64,000 bases of DNA from Octopus vulgaris. Its lineage: Eukaryota. The notes beneath the pieces were generated by a model. That model made no database searches. It saw only the letters and a list, made by a program, of their open reading frames with translations, and was not told the DNA's origin. Location: positions 620,001 through 684,000 of the forward strand of contig OX597834.1 of assembly GCA_951406725.2 (NCBI GenBank), read 5' to 3'. The position numbers and the translations under genes were made by a program. Of the stretch, positions 14,205 through 27,850 are shown piece after piece. Position 1 is the stretch's first letter; every line of letters starts with the position of its first letter.

Positions 14205-14395
14205 ACATACAAGTATGTATGTATATATATATATATATATTCACATTTACAGAAGGCCTATTAATAGTTTCATGGTTTAAGACACATTAAATTGGCAGAT
14301 CTATATAACATGCCATCTGTTTGTCTCACTGGATAGATTACCTTTTTGTTGAATCTACCTATAATGTTAAGTCTGTTTATCTGTCTGTCTGTCTC

Positions 14396-14445
<50 letters not shown>

Positions 14446-14790
14446 GCTAATCCAAAACACGAAAAAAAACAACCTGCAAAGTATTAAAAGATGCTCAGGA
14501 AAGGAAAGAAAGGGTGTTTTACGTTTCGAGCAAAGCTCTTCTTCAGAAAAAGGAGACAGAGGAAAGTCCAAGAGAAAAGAAAGACGGAGGGGAAAACTCG
14601 CCAGCAATCCATATGTAGTTACAGTCTGGTATGTACACATACATACGTACGTACGTACGTACATACATACATACATACATACATACATACATACATACAT
14701 ACATTCACACACACACACACACACACATACATACATACATACATACATACATACATACATACATACATACATACATGCATACATGCATAC
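14130..14790. repeat. Microsatellite cluster (CA)n, (TA)n, (TACA)n
   Basis: Direct reading; explains ORFs 14377-14888. Confidence 0.95.
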
Positions 14791-15306
14791 AAGGTAGGAT
14801 TGCAAGCAGTTTCTATCACCAAAATTCTTCTCGAGGTAGCAGTACCGTAGAGAGGAATTTCACCAGACTTCTTGCAATCGAGAAGTGAACCGTTTAATCA
14901 CATGGCCATTTCTGCTTCCAGGTTCACCTTAACTAACTGACTCTACTCTTCATCGTTCTAGGGTTACTAAAACACATTAATTAATATATCAAGCAACTAC
15001 ATTCGATTTTACCCACCCTTGTGTATTTATGATCTAGCGGCAATGATAAACAAATCGATAGTTTTACTTACCATTCTTATAATTCCCCAATATATAAATA
15101 TCCAATAATTTCACTTAATCAAATTATATTGAAAAATCTAAGTTTTTATGGCCGTCTTTTTTTCCATATTGTATATCATAAAACTCAATTTTATCCCAAT
15201 AAATACCACCAGCTAAAATATATACATCTCTACTCAAACGTACAGCTTTCTTACTCTGTTAAAAAAATTTATTTTTATTTTCTATCATTTTCCTACATCT
15301 ATAAAA

Positions 15307-15461
15307 CAACACACCAGTTGACTTTTGGCAAATAAAATTTAAAATTTCTTTTATGATAAAAACCCCCACTTATCTGAAACGGAATATGCAACTAAAAGAA
15401 AGCTACGAAAGCTATCAACAAAATAAGCAAATAAAAAGAGAGATAGGAAGTTCATCTGGAA
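15307..15461 (+). repeat. About 155-bp near-identical direct repeat, copy 1 (copy 2 at 16678-16832)
   Basis: caacacaccagttgactt...agagataggaagttc present twice with only a few substitutions. Confidence 0.9.
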
Positions 15462-15769
15462 TTTTCTTATATTCCATTCTTTACCGACGAATTTTGTTTG
15501 TTTTGCTATCGAATTTCAAATTGATTTTAAATTTCCACATGATAGATTACAATCAGTCAGGTAGTCACTGCATTTCTTTGATCTGTCAACTTAATGACTG
15601 AAGTGCATTTTCATAATTACACTTATGTGAATATCTTGGTAATTTGTTTCATTTTCGATTTTGTTATTGGGGATTTTTTTTTAATGGATATATTTGTCCT
15701 CGTTCTTTATTTCTCCTCCTTTCTACCTTCAAAACTGTAACAGCCTATACGCATGCGTACATTTATAAA

Positions 15770-15955
15770 CGCATGTGTGTGTGTGTGTGGTTGATATATA
15801 TATGTATGTATGTATGCAATATATGGAGAAAGAAACACGTGTGTGTGTAAATATATATATATCTATGTGTGTGTGTGTGTGTGTGTGTCTATGTATTTAT
15901 ATATATCTATATCTATCTATCTATCTATCTATCTACCTATCTATATATGTATGTA

Positions 15956-15986
<31 letters not shown>

Positions 15987-16060
15987 ATGTATGTATGTAT
16001 GTATGTATGTATGTATATATATATATATATCTATATCTATCTATATATATATATATATGG
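15770..16060. repeat. Compound microsatellite (TG, TATC, TATG, TA)
   Basis: Direct reading. Confidence 0.95.
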
Positions 16061-16237
16061 TGGTTGTCTACTCCTTATACAGAATCTGACCACCTGTTGT
16101 ACTTACACCTTAGATCCATCATGGCGTCTGATGTGGCTTTTTAAACCAGACAATGTTTTGAAAAAATACCCACTGAGATTGCACATGCATACATCGATAC
16201 ATACATACGTGCACACATACGTACATACATATGTATA

Positions 16238-16442
16238 TTCTTTTAATCTTTTACTTGTTTCAGTCATTTGACGGCTGCCATACTGGAACACCACCTGTAG
16301 TCAAACAAATCGACCCCAGGACTTATCATTTGTAAGCCTAGTACTTATTCTATCGTTCTCTTTTGACGAACTGCTGAATTACGGGGACATAAACACACCA
16401 ACATCAGTTGTCAAGCGATGGTTGGCGGACTAACAGACACAG
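16238..16442 (-). mobile_element. SINE family A 3' half
   Basis: cttttacttgtttcagtcatttgac...cgaccccagg...ttgtcaagcgatg. Confidence 0.85.
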
Positions 16443-16459
16443 AAATATATAATATATAT

Positions 16460-16960
16460 ATTGTTATATTTCGGAATGGTCATATTGCCAGTTTAGCCAA
16501 TAAAAACACACGCACTATATATTTGGTGTTATTTTGTTTCAGTGTTATTTATTTTTTACATTAATCTTAATCTTATTTCGGCCAGAGTTCTTTCGTCACA
16601 CTCCTGTGACCGCATCAGTGGTCCTTTGTTTTCTTCAACGTATGTGACAAATCTTACTGCATGTGCCGGATTTATCCAACACACCAGTTGACTTTAGGCA
16701 AATAAAATTTAAAATTTCTTTTATGATAAAACCCCCCACTTATCTGAAACAGAATATGCAACTAAAAGAAAGCTACGAAAGCTATCAACAAAATAAGCAA
16801 ATAAAAAGAGAGATAGGAAGTTCGTCTGGCATTCCTTCCACAGATATGAGGAGTTCGAGTAAAATCTGATGATTTTTCCTCTTTCAGGAACGGCTTGGTG
16901 CATTGGTGAACGACCGGCAGGACAACCCATTGAGAGATGTTACACATGTAACGGTACTGG
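16460..16960 (-). mobile_element. Penelope-like element terminal (pseudo-LTR-like) fragment
   Basis: Contains a hammerhead-like motif followed by AATAAA and ends at a TA run. Confidence 0.5.
16580..16624 (-). ncRNA. Minimal type I hammerhead ribozyme-like motif with variant core
   Basis: Minus strand GGACCA-CUGAUGCG-GUCACA(GGAG)UGUGAC-GAA-AG(AA)CU-C-UGGCC. Confidence 0.55.
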
Positions 16961-18607
16961 TAATTCTCTTAGAAACAATAGCTAACTATTCCGTAAATCA
17001 CATTTTAATATTACCATCTTAAAACAATCCAACGTAGTCTATCACTTTTTTAGAAATAGTCACCAAGTATGATTCGAATCACACCTAGAATTTACGATCT
17101 GAAACTGGGTGAACTAAGTGGTTATTAAATGATAGAAACGGCAATAAAATATCCTTTACTAATAACGCATAATATTTAAAATAAAAGTAGGGGTCCTACA
17201 TATATTATGACCGAAATCAACAGGATGGGGTACGATGGAACACATTTCATCATAGGTCTTCTCTATAATAGCTAACGAAATACTAAAAACCAAAAGCCAG
17301 GCATGTTTTTTTGTCTCTTAGAGAGAACGATGTCTGATTCTTAGGTCATCATTTACATCTTTGTAAAGGGTACTCAACTACTTTAAGTGCTTCGACTCAA
17401 AAGGCTGTGTGATATTTAGACAGACAACTGACAAAAATTAGTGCCAATGCATAAACCAAATGTCTTTTTGGATAATGTTTCAAATTTACACCCGGGGTAG
17501 ATTATTCGCCGTGGAAGAAGCCTATTTTTGCCGATTTACTAAAATGTCTTTGATCCAGTCTTTATAATTATCTAGGAAATGACAATTCATTCGAACAGGA
17601 ATGGAAGGTATTTCATAAGTGATAAAACATAATAATAACCGCTCCCCGCCGCTCGTATAACACTCCGCAGAACATTCAGTTCTCGGTCGAAGATATCACT
17701 AATTGTCTAATGGCCTTTTTAGCAACAAACTAAACAAGACAAAAAGATTTACAAATTAATATAAATTTTTGAAATAAAGTAGGAACAACACAAGAGCAAA
17801 ACGATTCTGTCTTTGGAAAATACAATGTTTCGATTAGTTGCAGATATCAAGCGGAGTTTAAATACATTTTATTGATGGCAATTTTATTATCAGTGACTGA
17901 CAAATTGCTTTCTACAGTTCGGAATTTTTGCAAATGGGTTATGATAAGGATGGAGTAAAACATAAATGAGATCGGTTCACAGTAGGTTATCCAGTTGAGC
18001 AATACAGTTTCCGCAGTTAGAAATTAATTAGATAAAACCTAACCAAGGAGGTTTTATTTTTGCTTTATAACAACAGCGTTTTTCGTTTCAATTACTAAAA
18101 TGCTTTTAGGAGTGACATGAATTTCGTTTCATTGAGTTTTATTATGGTGATAAAATATAAAAAAAGGTACAAAAAATAGCTGAATATTATAGCGTGATTG
18201 TAGTATTAAAAATGGTGACAATCAAAATTAGCGACCGACTTTCACTTATAAAGCTGGATCTCGTGTAGTTAGACAAGGGTTGACGTTGTTCTTATTGCTG
18301 TTTAGACTCAGATCAACTCTAACGGAACAGACTTCTGACCAACGGTTGTCCATCAATGGACATTTTCAAGACATTGTGGATCTAGGTGTGTATTATCTAA
18401 TGTGTACAGCCTTGTTGCATAACCCTAGGTCAACCGTGATCAACAAAATCCGTGACCAAAGGAATTTTATCTGTGGCCATCCCGGAACTGCATTACCAAA
18501 CATGCCCTCCGTTTTTCGATCGTAGGTTACGATTAAAAAGTAGATTTGGCTGCTATCTTTAGCAGAGCGAGTTATCATAAAGACAGTTATTACTGATTCA
18601 GTAAAAG

Positions 18608-18827
18608 AAGGCGGTGAGCTGGCAGAATCATCAGCGCGCCGTGCAAAATGCTTCACGGCATTTCGTCCGTCTTTATGTTCTGAGTTCAAATTCCGCTGAG
18701 GTCAACTTTGACTTTAATCCTTTTGGGGTTCGATAAATTTAGTACCAGCGGTGTACTGGGGTCGATGTAATCGACTTGTACTCGCTCCAAAATTTCAGGC
18801 CGTGTGCCTAGAGTAGAAGGGGTTATT
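18608..18827 (+). mobile_element. SINE family B, near full length
   Basis: A-box-like tggcagaatcatcag, B-box gagttcaaattcc, central gtcaactttgac...ggggtcgatgtaatcgact, tail. Confidence 0.9.
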
Positions 18828-19405
18828 GATTGGGTAAAGAGAGTTTTATTATTAGTGAAGTGGAAGGAGTACAAGGACCCCAACAGGGCTTCTGAGACTA
18901 GTGGGAGGGGGAGGGGGAAAGGGTCAAGGAAGATTTCTTCAAAGCAGGGACCAGGCTTGAATGCTTGTAACACAGTGACCCCTCTGCTCCCTAAGGTTAT
19001 CCAAGGGTCAGGGGAGGGTTAGACCAAGTGACGAGTTAAATCTACTTTGTGGATGGAAAGTATGAAGATCACATAATCACAGTTCCTTACTCCGAGAACA
19101 AGACGCTTTTGTGCCACCGTTCTAATGATTGTAGAAATGGATGGACATCAGCGAGAAACTCGGAGTAAGAAACAGTGCAAATAAACAACGGTAGCAGATT
19201 AATTAAACTATGGCATCAAGGGAGTATTCGCTTTCTACACAAAACGGGCATGCGAACACACACACACACACACACACACACATCTCCCTCTCTCTATGTA
19301 TTATACACACACATGAACACACACACATACATGTGCTTGTGCGTGCGTGTGCATACATGCATACATGTTTGTTTATACATATGTATGTATATACGTACAT
19401 ATATA

Positions 19406-19576
19406 GGCGCAGGAGTGGCTGTGTGGTATGTAGCTTGCTAAGCAACCACATGGTTCCGGGTTCAGTCCCACTGCGTGGCATCTTGGGCAAGTGTCTTCTG
19501 CTATAGCCCCGGGCCGACCAATGCCTTGTGAGTGGATTTGGTAGACGGAAACTGAAAGAAGCCTGTCGTATATATG

Positions 19577-19607
<31 letters not shown>

Positions 19608-19824
19608 ATTTGTGTGTCTGTGTTTGTCCCCCTAGCATTGCTTGACAACCGATGCTGGTGTGTTTACGTCCCCGTCACTTAGCGGTTCGGCAAAAGAGAC
19701 TGATAGAATAAGTACTGGGCTTACAAAGATTAAGTCCCGGGATCGATTTGCTCGACTAAAGGCGGTGTTCCAGCATGGCCGCAGTCAAATGACTGAAACA
19801 AGTAAAAGAGTAAAGAGTAAAGAG
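19406..19824 (+). mobile_element. Full-length tRNA-derived SINE family A with internal (TA)n/(TG)n
   Basis: A box tggctgtgtggt, B box ggttcagtccc, cttgggcaagtgtctt CORE-like motif, tail gactgaaacaagtaaaagag(taaagag)n; matches 54510-54899. Confidence 0.92.
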
Positions 19825-20050
19825 CATATATATGTATGTATGTATGCGTATGTATGCATGCAAGTGTATATGTGTATAGACATACACGATTGTCTACAAA
19901 GGATAAAACCTTACGAAATAGGTGAAATATTATTTCTTTGCACGACTGTCATAACGGTGCTTGCACAAATTATTTGGAGATATATGTATATATATGGATG
20001 CATGTATATATGTGTGTATATATACATATATACATATGTATGTATGTATG

Positions 20051-20087
<37 letters not shown>

Positions 20088-22083
20088 ATATATGTGTGTG
20101 TGTGTACATACATACATGTGTACATACATATGATTATATAGACATATCTACAAATCTTTCTACTCTTATACAGAATGTTAACTGTGGTTGTATTTCCGTT
20201 TGGACAATTGATAATAAAACATATTCCTTTCCATCAAAACTGAAAGAAAGTCGGTTGTAGAATTGGTTCAACCAAAATATTATGAATGAAAAATTTAATT
20301 TCGGTTTGAAATCAGGAATTGCCAAACGGCGTTTTTAACTATAACATTCTACACAAACGTGTAATTGTATTAATACATTTTATAAATGCGCCCGAGTGAA
20401 TAATTTATATAGTTTTAATGAATTCAAGTTATTCTTGAGAACATGAGATATAACGTTCCACTATCGATTATTCAGTATCTTTAGAGACACTTTGGTGGGC
20501 AAATTAAAATATTGGCTCTTATTTCCCACATACATTTGCTCTTGTCTCATCTTTCTTCCATTTTAACTACCAGCTACCCAGAAAACAAGGTACAAATGCT
20601 CTTTCATGGACAAATGGGTTTGTATTTTAGCCTGAAATCGTTAGTTAATGTTCTGTCAAATATTCATAGAGAGTGTGTTTAAGAATTTTATAAAAGACAT
20701 ATCGATACAAATTTTTGTGTTTAGTTCGATGGAAGTGGATGGAATTGAAACTTGAATGCTTAAAATCAGATTATTTACAAAATATTTTAAATAATATATA
20801 TTTGGTTAAATGTCTACCGATCTCTAAAGTGCAATCTGAGAGAAACCGATAGATTGATAAATCGATACGTAGACGGACAGACAGACAGGTAGGTAGGTAG
20901 ACAGATAGACAGGTAGGTAGGTAGGTAGATAGAGAAATTAAAATAAATTAGAAGAGAAAGAGAATGCAATATGAAAGCAAAATATTATAATGCAACAAAG
21001 AATATATATTGACAAAAACTGTTTCTCTAGAATTTAGGAAATTCTTACAAGATACCAGAATATTCTAACAGTGGTAAAATTATTCTTATAGTTTAAAGAA
21101 ATAAACTCTACAAGAGAAATATTCTGAAATTGCCCACAAATGGTGGGAGCACTAACAAATGTCTCCAGATTGACTGTTACTGGCGGGAGAACAAACAAAT
21201 TTCGTTCGATAAAATTTCTTCCTAATAAAATTCCAATATGGCTCATAAGAAATATGCGTCTGTGTTATAAAGGGATTATTTCCTCTTACTTAAATTTTTA
21301 GTAGGAAGAAAGCTCTACAAACTTCTAAGGTAGGTTTGTCCTGAGGATATTGTGTTGCTACACAAAACAATGACCATATCAATCGATCTGTCTATCTATT
21401 TATACACACACACACACACACACACACAAAACAAGACCTATATGCTAACTTCTCTGTATTCTAGGCTGTGTTAAAACCGTCGTATGGGGCATTATTCATT
21501 GCAAATATTAATCGATGTGAATTATTTCCTTCAGCTCCTATCGCAGTATGGAATGGAAAGAAAAGCTGTATCAAGTATAATAATAAAGTTACTTTATTAA
21601 CAAGTATACGAACTACTAATGGAGAATTCTTAAATTTAATATGGTCAGGAATTTGTGGAAATACATAAGACTGTTGCAAATGGCATAGTGAAGAGTTGGT
21701 TATAAAGTAAGGATAGGACGGATCATAGGGAAGAGAGCCAAGGTGTATGTTTAAGCGTTTATTTTGGAAAGAGTTTTATGTAAGGAAAGGGGTTTTATGT
21801 AAAAGGTACATACTGTGGTATCAAATTAGATGTAAGGTTGGATTTAGAATAGATTTGCATGGGTTGGGGATAATACAACATCTGTTTCGGTGGGTGGATT
21901 ATCATATATATCAGAAGAAGAAGAAGAAGGAGGGGGAGGAGAATTATTATTATTATTTGTAGCTAAACTATTAACACACTTTGCAATGTGTAATTATAGC
22001 TGCTCTCTGTCACCTCTTTTCACCCTTTTCAACGAATGCTAGAGCGCTCGAGCATTGTACAATAAGCTGCTGCTGTTGCTGGT

Positions 22084-22084
<1 letters not shown>

Positions 22085-22114
<30 letters not shown>

Positions 22115-22171
22115 GTGATAATAATAATAATAATAATAGTCATAGTAATAATAAAAATAATAATAATAATA

Positions 22172-22202
<31 letters not shown>

Positions 22203-22229
22203 TTATTATTATTATCATTATTATTATTA

Positions 22230-22261
<32 letters not shown>
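22085..22261. repeat. (AAT)n tract abutting an (ATT)n tract (inverted triplet junction)
   Basis: Polarity switches near 22203. Confidence 0.95.
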
Positions 22262-22263
<2 letters not shown>

Positions 22264-22673
22264 GGCGGCGAGCTGGCAGAACCGTTAGCACGCCGGACGA
22301 AATACTTAGTGGTATTTCGCCTGTCGCTACGTTCTGAGTTCAAATACCGTCGAGGTCGACTTTGCCTTTCATCCTTTCGGGGTCGATAAATGTAATGGAC
22401 TAGTTCCCTCCCCCCAAAATACAAGCCTTGTGCCTATAGTAGAAAGGATTATTATTATTGAGGAGGCAAGCTGTCAGAATCGTTAGTACGCCAGACGAAA
22501 TGTTTAATGGCATTTCGTCTGCCGTTACGTTCTAAGTTCAAATTCCGCCGACGTCGACTTTGCCTTTCACCCTTTCGAAGTCGATAAAATAAGTGCCAGT
22601 GAAACACTGGGGTCGATGTAATCGGCATATCCCCTCCCTCAAAATTGCTGCCCTTGTGGCAAATTTGTAACCA

Positions 22674-22674
<1 letters not shown>
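22262..22674 (+). mobile_element. Tandem dimer of SINE family B in (ATT)n
   Basis: Units 22262-22459 and 22460-22674, with (att)n before, between and after. Confidence 0.9.
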
Positions 22675-22711
<37 letters not shown>

Positions 22712-25474
22712 ATTATTATTATTAAATCTAGCTTCAATTTCTTGGAGTTGAAACCTCGATAGACTTAGTATCATTTGGTTCTAGTTCTGGTAACTCGATT
22801 ATTTAATTACATCAAATTACATTAGTAACAAAGCATATTCTTCGAAATTTTCGAAACTATTTAATTTTCTGCTGAAATCGAATCGCAATTAGAGCCGATG
22901 ACACTAAGCAGTTCCGAAAGTTGGAGAGAAACGTCAAGACTTCATCAGAATGAAATCTTCAGCTACGAAATTAACGTCAATCAGCTGTGCAAACACCACA
23001 TCACGTCTTGCACTCAGATCAGTTGGCTTCCACAATCTCCAGTTCCTATTCATACCATTCTTTAGAACCATATTCCATACATTTCAGATTTTATACCACT
23101 TATTTGATGAAATATTTCCGTATTTCAAATGTAAATTTGTATTTTATTTCTTTCCTTTTTTAAAGGTGGAATCATTTTCAAGAAGGTGCGAAAAATGACT
23201 CAGTGATTTTATGTATATATTTGTTTGTTTATATTAATTTATTTTCGACTTTTTTTTTCTAAAATATACTTTTATTTCAAATATAAACGATGAATAATAT
23301 TCATTTTATGAAGTAACAAAATTAAATTTTAATTATATTCGCTCCATGTGTGATAAATTACTATTTCAGGAGAGAATTCTTTTTTTTTTTAATTGGTAAA
23401 TAAATTAATCAAATATTTTAGAAGATTTAGAATATTTTATTAGAAGACAGTTCTTTTGCTTGAGTGTTTTGATTATCAATTTCTGTAGCTCGCTGTTAAA
23501 ATAATCCATATCCTCTGCTTTATGCTATTTATATTTAATGTGCTCGCAGATAATGTGAAGTAGCAATGAACACCACTTGATCAAGTACTGACAATCTTTT
23601 AAACATGCAGAACTAAAAAAATACCTCATTAAAACATAACATAATAAAGTGGGTAGAGCATCAGATTGACTGTATTGTGGTATCAGTTGTGGGTCTCCGT
23701 GCTTTGAGTTCAAATTCCACAAAGACTACTTTTCAAGCATTTTTCTCTTCGTTATAAAGTAGTTTCCCATTACAAGCGCAGCACTCTTTTTCTCGTTCAT
23801 GCAATCAAAGTTTAAAGGGTTGATAAGATGACCCGCAACCTTTAGAGGAAGTACGATAGTTACTGGCTATTGACGCCAAATCGTCCTTAATTGCCAGCGA
23901 CGGCTGCAGTCTAATTATAAGAGAGAAGGGTGAAAACATGGTTGTGTTAAGAAATTCCTTGTTAACCACCTGTTCTCGAGTTCGATCTCGGTGCACAGCA
24001 ACTGATCAAGTGTTTTCAAGCACAACTTCAGATTAACCTAAGCCATGAGAATGAACTTCAGTGAGTGGGAAACCTGGTGGAGTCCAATCAGGTTGGGGGT
24101 AAGGAACAGTACTTTTATCTCGAGTACATAGAATTAACAACATCGCCGTCTCTGGCGTGCATTTAGCAAACTATACACAGTTGCAAGCGCTTAGACCAGG
24201 TCTCCGAAGTGAGGGTTACTTCCCCCTTTGTCTTACCTATAAAAGGGATCACAGGTGTAGCTTTTCCTTCTTTGACTTAGTAATAAAAGTAAAACTTGCT
24301 ATTCGGATAAAGAACGCAATACTTCACGAGAAATCTAAATCAAATATCTTTGAATATTGAACATTTTTATGGAATGGTAAAGATTGCAGGGACAACATGT
24401 GGGCTGAGAAGTCTGAAATGCAATCGTTTAGTCTCGATTCGGTCCTGGCGGGGAGCAGCAAGGGTAAGTGTCTTTAGTTGTAGCCTGAATTGAGAAATTA
24501 GACGGTAACAACAAGGAAAAAATCATCGTGTGTGTGCGTGTGTGTGTATACGTATTTATGTGTGTATATGTGTGCATATTTCACAGATTTATAGCGGCTA
24601 CGAAGCCAAGAAGTGGTGCTTTAGGAATGCTATCCCTTGAGATATTTTTTATGCATAGAATTGAAAACCCGGATTTGTCCCTCATCTATCTGAAACCTGA
24701 AACCCAACGACGCTATAGTTCACTTCTAGGAATATACAATGACAAATACACCGATTCTCTGAAAACGCTAAAGTAAAATATCACTAAAAATAACGTTAAA
24801 AGTCAAAGGTTAAGCAAAAGTTAATTCAAATTGATAATTACTCGTGAAGAGAGGAAATTTTCAATTTAATGATTTGTTACCGGCAAGAAAAGGAGAAAGG
24901 ACCACTAAGTGATGAATATTTTAGGAATGATTAAAAATAGAATGTGAACATGCAGTGGGAAGCGAGCCTGATGTTTAGAAGTAAAGAATGACGACCAGTT
25001 CCGGGCTGGTTAGGCGTTACCAGCGATGCATAGTCTGAAACGAGTTTAATAGGGACGAGAAGATGTATAGAGTTTTAAGCATTTTACATATGAAAGTCTT
25101 CTAAGTCTATAAATCCTTGGGACAGGAGCCATATTTTATTACCTTCAATCGACTAAATTGGTAATTTTAAAATTTAGATACAGATATGTGAAAGGAAGCT
25201 ATGAGAACAACCTTGTAGTACTAGATACAAGGAGATTGTAGCAGCCCTTTATTACGAAGCACTGAATATATAAGAGGGAGCTTCGGTTTCCCTGTATTAC
25301 AGGGTAATTATTATGTGAGAGGCAGCTATGGTAGCACTATATTACGAGGTGTAGACTATCTGAGACGGAGCTATAATTAATACTAACGTTTCCTTGTTGG
25401 AAGGATTCTGAAATTTCTTTACATATAGAATGTTAATGTAAAATTATTTGGCAAAGAAACGTTTGTGCGTATGT

Positions 25475-25518
<44 letters not shown>

Positions 25519-27499
25519 ATAACTGGTGTAGCTCTGGTGGCATTTTCAAGGTACCTAGCTGTGATACTTAGTAGGGTTGACCTGATAAGTTAAAGCCTCG
25601 AAGGTGCAGCCCCAGTATGGTCACAGACGAGAGACTTAAACCAATTTGTTACCACAGAGAAATAGGTCTGGGTTAGCAATAGGGTTGGGCGCGAGAGAAG
25701 GAACTACCTAAAGCTCCCGCTAGTTGAAGAAATAAATGCAACTGCTCACATTTCTCTAAGAAGATATGTTACGTTTCTGATACAAACTCTTTAGATTTAT
25801 TAGTTTATTGTAGAGCTTTCTTTTAACTTAGACACTTTAACAACAGATCTAAAGAACTTTTTAAAATACCTTCAATAAAATAATGTGGTTATCAGAATGT
25901 TTAAAGTGGTATGGATATCAGTTTGATCAAATTGATTTATTTTGTTGTGAGAACTGCAGCCACACAGCTGTAGTTTATACAGGCTTCCTGCGTGATAGGT
26001 AAACATCACGACAGAAACACCGTAATTAGCGATTCGAGGTAACATGTGTTGGCACGAAGGCAAACACTCACACGTCAGGTTCACTCAACGCTTTTAATCA
26101 TTTATCGAACATTTTAACCATTTCATGTGGAATTGTCAGTCAGCGCTCGATATTTTTATTGTAAACTAAGTGAATTTTGATCGATTAATTAATGTTTGAA
26201 CTCTGTCCAAATTATCAGATTCAATCAATTGCCTCAGTAGTTAATGCCAGAATCCAGAACGGAGGTCTTGCATTAAATTGTTTGAACACATTTAAAGCAG
26301 GCATGAAATGAAAAATAATCTCTTTTTCTCGTTTTCACGCTCCTATTAGGAAACATTGGTCTCTACCGAAGTGAAATTCACTCCAAAATCTTAGAATAAG
26401 TTTCGTAATACTGAGTCAAAACAAAACCCTAGGAAATTGCGAGAAAAAATCGATAATTTTTTTATTTAAGGAAGAATTTGCCGTTAAAGGAAATGTAAAC
26501 GTAAAGCATCAGAATTTTAGTATTAATTAGTATTAATTACTGGTCGTTTGAGATAGGTAATTAATTAAGCTTTACAAGATTGATTCACCACTAATGAAGC
26601 TTTCCCATTTTGTTAGTAATAAATTCTAAATGTTTTCTGAAACAAAGACATTTGATATCGATCAATTTGGATCAGGTTGATCTGAAGTAATGGGAGCGGT
26701 GGGAGGGGTGTATAGAATTTACAAATTGATGATGATATTGAGACAATAAGAGAAAGTTCGCTAGTATTGATGAAAATTCGATCAAAGTGATCACGTTAAA
26801 AACACAAAATGTTAGAGCTTTTATAGATTACAACTTTAGTCTGTTACTGATTTTAGTCCTTAGATTGTGACCATACTGGGGCACCCTATTGTTTCAGTGT
26901 GTCGTATTATGCACAGACATACCTATATACACAACTCTAATCTTTCGTCGATGTCTGACACATGGGAGAATAATGCAAACACCTGCAAAATCCCTTTGAA
27001 AGCGAGATTTTTTCTGTGTTGAACACTCCCTAACGCAAAAGAAACGGTATGTTCATGGCTAGGATCATTGATCCGTTCAATTAGGACTGACCTGGGGCCT
27101 ATTAATAACAGCAACAATCGTTGCATTCAGCTTTAGGACTGCGACCAAGCTGGGGCACAGAAACATACATGGCCTGAAGGGTTACAACAACCACTCCATT
27201 ATAAGTATTCAGGTAGAGTCCGATGATTGGTTTTAACCTGCGAGTGGATTAACTGTAGGACCCCATAATATCAGATAAAGGTTAGAAAATCTTCTAATTT
27301 CAGGGTAAAATCGAGGACTTAAAAGAGAAATTTGCTGCCTTGCTTCACTGAAATATCGGCGGAGGCAGGTCATAGAATATGGTTGTCTCAACACAGCTTG
27401 GCCATCGCTTGTAGCAATATTGTCAGTGTTTGGGTTGTTGCTGTTGATAAGCTAATAAGAAAATCTTCGAATTTTACAGCTATTCTGAACCGGATACAC

Positions 27500-27850
27500 A
27501 AACTGGTTTAGTCCAGCCGTGGTCACTCGCAAGTGGGTAAAGTCTGGTCGTTTGTACCATGCTGTCGATTACCAATCTTCACAAACCCCTGGGCGATACT
27601 GTATGACGTCCCATGACTCGTACGACCGGTTGCTCCCTTGTCTTGCCATAGTGTATACTTGGCCATTGAGATTATAACATTATCTCCGAACGAGATACCG
27701 GTTATTGGCATACAGCTGGGTGAACCAGAACAGCACGAAACGAAATGTTTTGTTCAAGAACGCAACTCACCTTCCCGGTCCAGGAGTCGAAACTACGACC
27801 TTGCAAATGTGAGTACAACACCCTAACCACTCGGCCACGCGCTTTCACAT
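27500..27850 (-). mobile_element. tRNA-derived SINE
   Basis: Minus-strand head gtgaaagcgcgtggccgagtggttagggtgttg...gtttcgactcctgg; CORE-like ttcttgaacaaaac. Confidence 0.8.

Noticed and set aside
16890-16965. RCYTCNGTG peptide resembling a DnaJ or knuckle zinc motif
   Set aside because: Isolated, in a frame with nearby stops, with no partner motif or splice support
19082-19173. Short inverted repeat ttactccgag/ctcggagtaa
   Set aside because: Only about 11-14 bp, with no TSD or second copy in the window
19406-19480. tRNA genes at A/B-box heads (also 27770-27850, 36122-36190, 58600-58676)
   Set aside because: No full cloverleaf; each continues into a SINE body
14377-20260. YVCM/HTYI-type ORFs (also near 43, 50, 53 and 55 kb)
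   Set aside because: Translations of TA/TG/TATG microsatellites
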